A stretch of DNA of 64,000 nt from Azolla caroliniana. Lineage: Eukaryota; Plantae; Polypodiophyta. The notes beneath the pieces were generated by a model. The model did no database searches. It saw only the letters and a list, made by a program, of their open reading frames with translations, and was not told the origin of the DNA. Every line of letters starts with the position of its first letter. Position 1 is the first letter of the stretch. The translations under genes and the position numbers were made by a program. Of the stretch, positions 57,237 to 64,000 are shown piece by piece. The DNA lies in the NCBI GenBank assembly GCA_043228905.1, contig JBHGNT010000011.1:16368001-16432000 (forward strand), read 5' to 3'.

Positions 57237-58194
57237 AGGAGTGATCATAAATGTATATTTGGCTATTAAGTGTAACTACATTCCGCTTGTAACAAATGGA
57301 GTAATATAAAAGCATGTGTTTGAATTCTTATGATTTCTAAAAAATCGTTTCTTATAAAATAACATTGGTTGTAAAGTTTGTGATATAAATTGAGAATGTA
57401 TCTTTTTGAAATTCGTCTTTTTTTAGTTACTTCTAAATCACGAAAATAGTGGATTTTTAACCTTTTTCATAGTATGTTTGAACATGTATGATACTAGTAT
57501 CAATGTGTTTTGTAAAATCATTGAAAAAGCCCTAAAATTTCCCTTATCCTTCCATTTATGCGCGATCCTTCCACTTGTGAACGCGAACGTGTTAGAAATA
57601 CAACTAGAAACAGGGACACAAGATTTAACATGGAAACCCAAATCGAGAAAAACCACGTGGAGTCCACAAACCCCAAAACTGATCACTATATAGAGAGGAG
57701 TACAATAAAAAACTCGGAGGCAATGACCTCGAGATCTTCTTCGTCAACAGACGGCTGCAGAGTTGCTCTCTCTCTCACACACTTAGTTACAGAGGTAACG
57801 ACCTTCTTGTAACTCACAACCCAATGATAGAACAATGATCTACTCCACCTTACTAAAGTTTGCCCTAGTTGTATTTATACTTATACAACTTTTTGGCTAT
57901 TTACATACATACCCCACATGGGGCACATTTCGACCATTTACAAATATAGTCTCCCGAGTTGGCTATATCCTAGATTTTGGTTTCGGCCTAGGCTGAGTTA
58001 CTCATCAACTTGGATCTTCTCTTCCCATCCGGAGGGACCTGTTTCCCAACAATTTTCGATCATCCAAACTAATTTTCCATATCTTGCATCGAACTAGATA
58101 ACAAGCTTTATGTTTCGTTTATATCCCTTCTCTTGCTTCACATGCGATTCTAGGAAGTCAATGTATCGATTCTCACATCCATCCATGTACATTG

Positions 58195-58281
58195 CCTTCA
58201 CCAATCCATTGGAGTCTAGATATCCCCTTCAAACAAGATTTGAACCCTTGATCTTATCATTCCGAGAGTAAGCTCTTGCCA

Positions 58282-58286
<5 letters not shown>
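58195..58286 (-). mobile_element. Possible tRNA-derived SINE fragment next to a (GA)n tract
   Basis: Minus strand TCAACTGGCAAGAGC (A-box-like)...GGGTTCAAATCTTG (B box) with tRNA-like spacing. Confidence 0.35.
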
Positions 58287-58313
<27 letters not shown>

Positions 58314-59715
58314 CAAATTTAACAAAGGCAAAGTCTATTTTACCAAATTAGGGATGATTTTACAATGATAAACCTATTAATCAATTGTGTAAGTCAAAAC
58401 CAAGATAAGTAAAGGGAGTTGGTTTGTATTCTACTAATGTGGAAGTACATATAGTGGTTTGTAGCAAATTTGTAAAGTATGCAGCATATTATTTACAATG
58501 TAGCTCCCATACATTTAAGGTATGGATGGACTTTACATGTTCTTGCATTATATTATGTGTTCACATAACACTTCTTGTTATTTTTTTCCATCCTGGTCAA
58601 TTAAAATGTGTGTAATAGTTTATGTTATAAGGAAATGGATAGAATTTCCACCTAATATTGTGTAGTATTTCCTTTGAATGTTAACAATATGAGCATTTTT
58701 GTTTTCAGACACGAGTAATTATATTATTGGAATGGAATGTTAGTTGAATCCTTCATTGGCAACAAATATTACATTTGATAGAGAATTTGGTACACATTGG
58801 TGCTAGGACTAGACATTAGTATCACATGCCTAGTTTCGACATGAATAATCCAAATAATGATTAATATTGTCTCTCATATAGTTCCAATGTACTAATTCAT
58901 CAACTTCATCACAAAACCAACACATAATACTATGTTTTATCAACTACTACATTGGTAGTGGGTAAGCAATATAAATAAGATAAACCATATTGAAAGATAG
59001 GGTGCCACTCTCATACCTACTATTAGAGGAACACAAAACTATTGGCTTTCACTTGCCTTCCCCCACGTCCTAGGGCCAGTGTTGGGCAAAGTCCCAGGAA
59101 CAGTGTCAGCCTTCCGGTTGCATTTGGACTTTTGCCGGCCAAGGTGGGGGAATGCCGGAATTGATTCCGGCCAGGTTATCCTACCAACAGGAATCTAGCC
59201 GGTTGATATTTTTTCAACCGGCTAGTTATATAGCTTTTAAAAAATATAGGTATGTATATATAACAAAAATATAGTTTTAACTTTCCCCCTCTTTCCCCCT
59301 TTCTTCCCTCCTGAGAGTCAAGAGTCAAGACATGAGACCTTACGTTTCTTGATCCTTGCTCGCTGCTCACAGTCGCTATTTGCTTATCCCTATTGTTGCT
59401 TCCCATTCCCTGCTCCCTATTCCTTGGTCTCTACTCTTTGATCGATACTCCTTGTTCCCTGGTCACTGCTCCCTACTTGTTCTTCCCTGTGCACAAACCA
59501 CCACTCTCAGGTATGGATTTTGCTCATTTTTCTTATGAGGTATGTATTTTGGCTTTCCTCTAGCTAAACAATGTCTTGTCTCTTGAGGTTGTGCTCATTA
59601 TTGTTGGAGATGAGCTATAATAAAACATTCAATTATCTAATTCTTTCATAATTATATTGCATGTTGAGGTATGCATGGCTAATAAAAGCTCTATTTTTGT
59701 GCAAAAATGAAGAAA

Positions 59716-60564
59716 TTAAATTCCCATTGTTGTATATATGGTAGTAGACTTCATAGGTTTTTTCATGTAAGAATAACAATCATATTGTTCCTTCTCTTCT
59801 TCTTCTTCTTCTTCTAGCATTACATCAAGGCCTTCACAAGATTTGAACCTCCTATGTTGATGGTGAGGATGCTGCATTTTAGGTTTTTGTCTTGTGAAGT
59901 CATTATAAGGTTTCCATAGAGGTGAATTAGCCTCTCGATCAAAGCAAGATTCCAGATCATGGATCCTATTAAAACATAAAGACCTTTCTATATTTAGAGG
60001 CTTTCCTCCTTCTTGACCAAGACCAAAACCATGACCATCCCAATGACCATGACCATCATCAATATCATCATCATCATCATCTAATCCTTCCATTAGCTCC
60101 CATGCATTAATAGTTTCCAATTGATCTACACCATTATCAGCATGAATGCTATGTTGATCAGGGTGACCCATACCTTCTTGCTCTTCCTGTTGTTCTTCTT
60201 CAATGATCGGATTAAGCTCTATTCTGAATGATTTGAGGTTATTATAAATGTGACCCAAATCATCCTTTTTGTCACTGAGCTTGAGAAAACCATAGCTTGA
60301 TCTAGAAGCAAGGGGAACGACATGATGCCTGTCTTTCACTCTGTTTCTCTCACTTTCTTCTTCTTTTTCTTCATCTTCTTCTTCAATATGATGATAATTT
60401 ATGGGTTCTGATACAGTTCTTGAAACAGGGGCATACCAGCTTTTATTCATAACATTACTAGAGTTAGTAGTAGTACTAGTACCATTAGTAATGGCTTTTT
60501 GTGGAACAAAGTACTCTGTTCCTCTCCTCTTTCTTCCTAACGACTTTGAAGATGAACAACCCAT
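59716..60564 (-). pseudogene. Captured N-terminal part of a plant glutaredoxin-like (At5g39865/At3g28850-type) gene
   Basis: MGCSSSK acylation-type start, HHVVPL..SSYGFLKL and ETINAWELMEGLDD motifs; ends (TIYTT) about where the GRX domain would begin; lies inside the hAT TIRs. Confidence 0.75.
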
Positions 60565-60837
60565 ACTTATAATATGCTTAAATCTAGTATGTATGATAAA
60601 AAGACAGATTTTTCACTAGATTACTAAGAAAGTTTAGTCATTGCATAGATGTATGGATCTCATTAATATCAGTAGTTATGATTAAGGTTAAGGTGGGGCG
60701 ATAAGTAATAAGCCCAACTTTAGCGTGAGGGAAGATCATGGATGTGAATCTATGAAATGTAAAGTGTGTATGTAGGTTTTGCCTTCTTATATTATGTTAG
60801 TCAAACATTCTCTGCATTATTGTTACAGACTTACAAT

Positions 60838-62982
60838 ATGTCCCAAAACAAAAATATGAAAGGCAAAGGAAAGCAAATTAGCCTCTTTACAATGCCCGGC
60901 TTTAGGAAAAACTTGCCATCTAAAGAAGATGTGTCTCTAGAAGAGCCTATAAAGGACCATCAACACTCTGAAGAATTACTTCATGAGATGAATAGAATTA
61001 GTAAGGCCAAACTAAGATTTCAAGAAGATTGGCTTACTAAATTTAAGTGGCTTCAAGAGGATTTAGAAACTGGTCTTTTATGGTGTAGTTATTGTAGGAG
61101 TGATCCTCATAGTAAGTCTTCATTTGGCAAAACAGGTGCCAAAAACTTTAAGACTTCCGCATTAGAAGAACATGCAAGAAGTGTGGCCCATCGAGATGCC
61201 ATTTTGTTACAAGAACGAGACAAGAATGGTCTTGAAAAATGTGCATCCAAAAAAAAAGCAAGTGTGGATGTAGCAATTGAAAAATTGTTAAAATGTGCAT
61301 ATTTTATAGCTAAAGAGTATTTAGCATTTAGAAAATTGGAAAGCCTCTTACGATTGTTAAGAGAATGTGGTGTGGACGGCCTTCCACGAATGTATAATGA
61401 TAATAAGGCTTGTGCAAGCTTTATCTTGCACATTAGCAAGGCTCTTGAAGCTGAGATCTATGATAGGTTGAGGAAAAGTCCTTGGTTTGGGCTTATGGTA
61501 GATGAAGCTACCGATGTAAGCGTAACCAAGAACTTGATTCTTTATGCTACATTTGTGGAAGGAAGGCAAGTAAGAACCTCTTGTTTGGGGTTACTTGAAG
61601 TAGAGGATGGTACATCAAACACAATAACAGAAAGCATTTTAGCATTGTTAAAAAAGTGGAACTTAGATGTTAGAAAAATGATGGGATTCGGAAGCGATGG
61701 AGCATCTGTTATGGTAGGTATGTCTACAGGTGTTGCTACAAGATTGAAGTCATATAACCCATTTATGACTTCCTTACATTGTTGTGCACATCGAACAAAC
61801 TTGTGTGTGCAAGAGGCTTCAAAGAACATTGAAGTCAAAGAAACATGTAAGCAGTTAGATGCCCTTGTGAATCGGGTGGCTGCACATTTCTCGAGGAGCT
61901 CACTACGCCAAGGTGAATTAACTAAGATGCAAGATGCACTAGAATACACACATTTGCATATTCTTGGGATTGTGAAAACACGATGGCTTAGTCGGCATGG
62001 TGCTATCATGAGGGTATGTGATGTGTATGAACCCTTGATGAAGACTTTACAATCGCAAAGTGATGCATACAATATATTCTTAAGTTTAAGAAACTTCAAA
62101 GTAGTGTATATGCTTCACTTTCTTGCAGATGTACTTAAGATCATGTCAACGTTAAGTATGGAATTCCAAAAGGAATATGTGGATGTGACATGCATTGGAG
62201 GTTTGGCTATGATAGCAATTGGGGAGATCGAAGAACAATTTCTCCATCATGTTATGATGGATCTAAATGGTTTTGAGAAGGATAGCTATAATTATCCAAT
62301 TATTCCAGAATATGGTAGAGAAAAAGGAATGCTTTCAGTTTTAAGAGATGCTATTAAAGTTAATATGTATAAAAGCATCCTCATGGATAGATGTATTGAT
62401 GGTGAGGACTTGATTGAAGCCATACAATTCCAAACTTTGTTTTCTAAGGCATTAATAGAGACAATAAAAAAGAGGCTTCAAGATCCGGTAAATCTTTGCG
62501 CATTGAAAATGTTATCACCAATGAACATGTCTACCGGATCTACAAGCATTTTAGCACGAAAAACTATGGGTCTTAATGAGTTGAAAACAATTGGAAATTT
62601 TTATGGCATTCAAAAAATGGTAGATGGGAAAGCGTTTTCTCCCATAATTGATAATGATAAATTGTATGATGAATATGCAATTTTCAAAAGGCAAGCTACC
62701 ACGGAATGGCTTGGAAGAGATTTCTTAGATGTTTGGGGTATGATAAATTGTAATGATGTATGGAAAGAAAAGCTACCCGAACTTCTAAAGATTGCATTGA
62801 TAGGTTTAATCCAATGTGCTTCTACAGCAGCATGTGAGAGAGGCTTTAGTCGCCTAAATCTAATAAAAAATAAGTTTAGAAATAGGCTGAAAAACAATGC
62901 GGTTGATGCATTGATACGAATCTCTATTGAAGGACCTGAACTAGAAGAACATGACTTCAATGCTAGCATTTTGTTGTGGTGA
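60838..62982 (+). CDS. hAT transposase (ZNF862/DUF4371-like); TGA at 62980 may be premature
   Basis: WLTKFKWL...WCSYC...H....H zinc finger, VDEATD, GSDGASVM, HCCAHR, TRWLS, STAACERGFS dimerisation domain; the frame stays open after the TGA to about 63069. Confidence 0.92.
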   Translation: MSQNKNMKGKGKQISLFTMPGFRKNLPSKEDVSLEEPIKDHQHSEELLHEMNRISKAKLRFQEDWLTKFKWLQEDLETGLLWCSYCRSDPHSKSSFGKTGAKNFKTSALEEHARSVAHRDAILLQERDKNGLEKCASKKKASVDVAIEKLLKCAYFIAKEYLAFRKLESLLRLLRECGVDGLPRMYNDNKACASFILHISKALEAEIYDRLRKSPWFGLMVDEATDVSVTKNLILYATFVEGRQVRTSCLGLLEVEDGTSNTITESILALLKKWNLDVRKMMGFGSDGASVMVGMSTGVATRLKSYNPFMTSLHCCAHRTNLCVQEASKNIEVKETCKQLDALVNRVAAHFSRSSLRQGELTKMQDALEYTHLHILGIVKTRWLSRHGAIMRVCDVYEPLMKTLQSQSDAYNIFLSLRNFKVVYMLHFLADVLKIMSTLSMEFQKEYVDVTCIGGLAMIAIGEIEEQFLHHVMMDLNGFEKDSYNYPIIPEYGREKGMLSVLRDAIKVNMYKSILMDRCIDGEDLIEAIQFQTLFSKALIETIKKRLQDPVNLCALKMLSPMNMSTGSTSILARKTMGLNELKTIGNFYGIQKMVDGKAFSPIIDNDKLYDEYAIFKRQATTEWLGRDFLDVWGMINCNDVWKEKLPELLKIALIGLIQCASTAACERGFSRLNLIKNKFRNRLKNNAVDALIRISIEGPELEEHDFNASILLW

Positions 62983-64000
62983 GAAAGCAAGGCATATCGT
63001 CATATTTTTACAGGAACTTCTCATGAGCATGATGATGAGATCGAGGACTTCATAGAAGATATAAATTAAAACTTTATAAATGTGATCGATTTTGTTTTGG
63101 AACTTTCTATATATTACATCTAATTTGATCTAATATGTTGTTAATGCTACTTTACAAAGGTTTGAAAAGTGAATTATGTTTATAAAGTTAGAATTTTTTT
63201 TGGTAAATATATATCTTTAGTTTTTGGGTTCCAAAATTTTGTGATTGATTTGATTTGGTATTGCATTAGATTTTTTTTGGTTATGCGGCCAAAAAAAATT
63301 TCAACATGTTCCGGTTGACATTGTCGTTGGTAGGAACGTGGCCGGCCAAAATTTTAAAATTCCGGTTAGGTTCATGAGAAGCAGGAAAATTTCCGGTAGA
63401 GGCTACAAACTTTGCCCAACACTGCCTAGGGCTAGTGAAGGATCACTTTCTTATTACATGCTTTGCATATAGTGCAATTTATGAAAACTATGCTGATGTA
63501 TTAAGAGGGGGCAATGACTTGAGTGTATGCCTTAATTAACACAATGGGATTTTGTGTGTCGTAGTATGAATCTCCCTTCTTAAAAAGGTGACACACATTG
63601 AGAAAATTTTGTACTTAGATCCCATGGATCAATATCGGTATCTCTATGGATGTTAAAAAATATCTAATGGAATCTAAGTGCATACACCACAACTCACTTA
63701 AGATCAAATAGAGTACCTGAGAGGCCAATGAACAAACGCTAGAGAGACACAAAAAATAATATAAGAAACACCCCCTACACCATAGAAAAGAATGAGAAAA
63801 ATTCAACTAGAAGCCAATATATGAGCCGATATCAAATGATACCCTCTTGTTTACCGTGTCATTTAGAAAATAGATTAAGTATACTAGAGTTGGAGGTTCC
63901 TTACGGAAAGAATAACAATTAGACATGGCATGGGCCACACGGTAAATGTAAAACCATTCAAAGACAAAGACTAGACTAGGATTGTTGATGTGGAGACTAA

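Larger units (their letters stand above)
44447..57593 (+). mobile_element. DNA transposon with AACAC...GTGTT TIRs carrying a transposase and a ParB-methyltransferase gene
   Basis: 36-bp TIR AACACGTTCGCGTTCACAAGTGGAAGGAT(T/C)GCGCAT at 44447, inverted copy ending at 57593; 4-bp TSD AGAA (44443-44446 / 57594-57597). Confidence 0.92.
44344..58051 (-). mobile_element. Solo LTR related to the nested Copia LTR, split into 44344-44446 and 57594-58051
   Basis: Minus-strand start TGTTGGGAAACAGGTCCCTCCGGATGGGA versus TGTTGGGATTTCGGTCCCTCCGGATGGGA at 32467; shared TAGGGCAAAC and CGTGGTTTTT motifs. No TSD seen and the left end is approximate. Confidence 0.7.
59077..63424 (+). mobile_element. hAT DNA transposon with a captured gene fragment
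   Basis: Perfect 16-bp TIR CAGTGTTGGGCAAAGT / ACTTTGCCCAACACTG; 8-bp TSD CCTAGGGC (59069-59076 / 63425-63432); subterminal CCGG motifs. Confidence 0.96.

Overview
Eukaryotic, almost certainly land-plant, heterochromatic DNA (plant-type tRNA-Cys, Ty1/Copia elements with tRNA-Met(i) PBS, GT-AG introns; a non-seed plant such as a fern, lycophyte or bryophyte is my inference). No intact host protein gene is evident. (1) 1-13.2 kb, resuming at 30.0-31.2 kb and 41.4-41.9 kb: a tandem array of about 45 tRNA-Cys(GCA)-derived monomers in higher-order trimers. It carries two TSD-less foreign inserts (one with a mitochondrial-type 18S rRNA 3' end) and two copies of one Copia family. (2) Copia copy A (13234-30046, minus) contains a 9.6-kb Sola2-like DNA transposon (transposase plus a RING/FCP1-like accessory gene) and an RTEX-like LINE. 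Copia copy B (31180-41427, plus) contains a young intact Copia and a 62-bp piece of the same Sola2-like terminus at the same nucleotide as in copy A. (3) 44447-57593: a DNA transposon with AACAC...GTGTT TIRs and a 4-bp TSD. It encodes a Sola1/DUF7869-like transposase and, divergently, a 6-exon gene for a ParB-like domain fused to a beta-class N6A/N4C DNA methyltransferase, with an array of 25-29-bp palindromes in intron 1. This is the best candidate for an undescribed system. (4) 59077-63424: a hAT element carrying a captured fragment of a glutaredoxin-like host gene. Coordinates were read by eye and may be off by a few bases; family names come from remembered motifs, not database searches.
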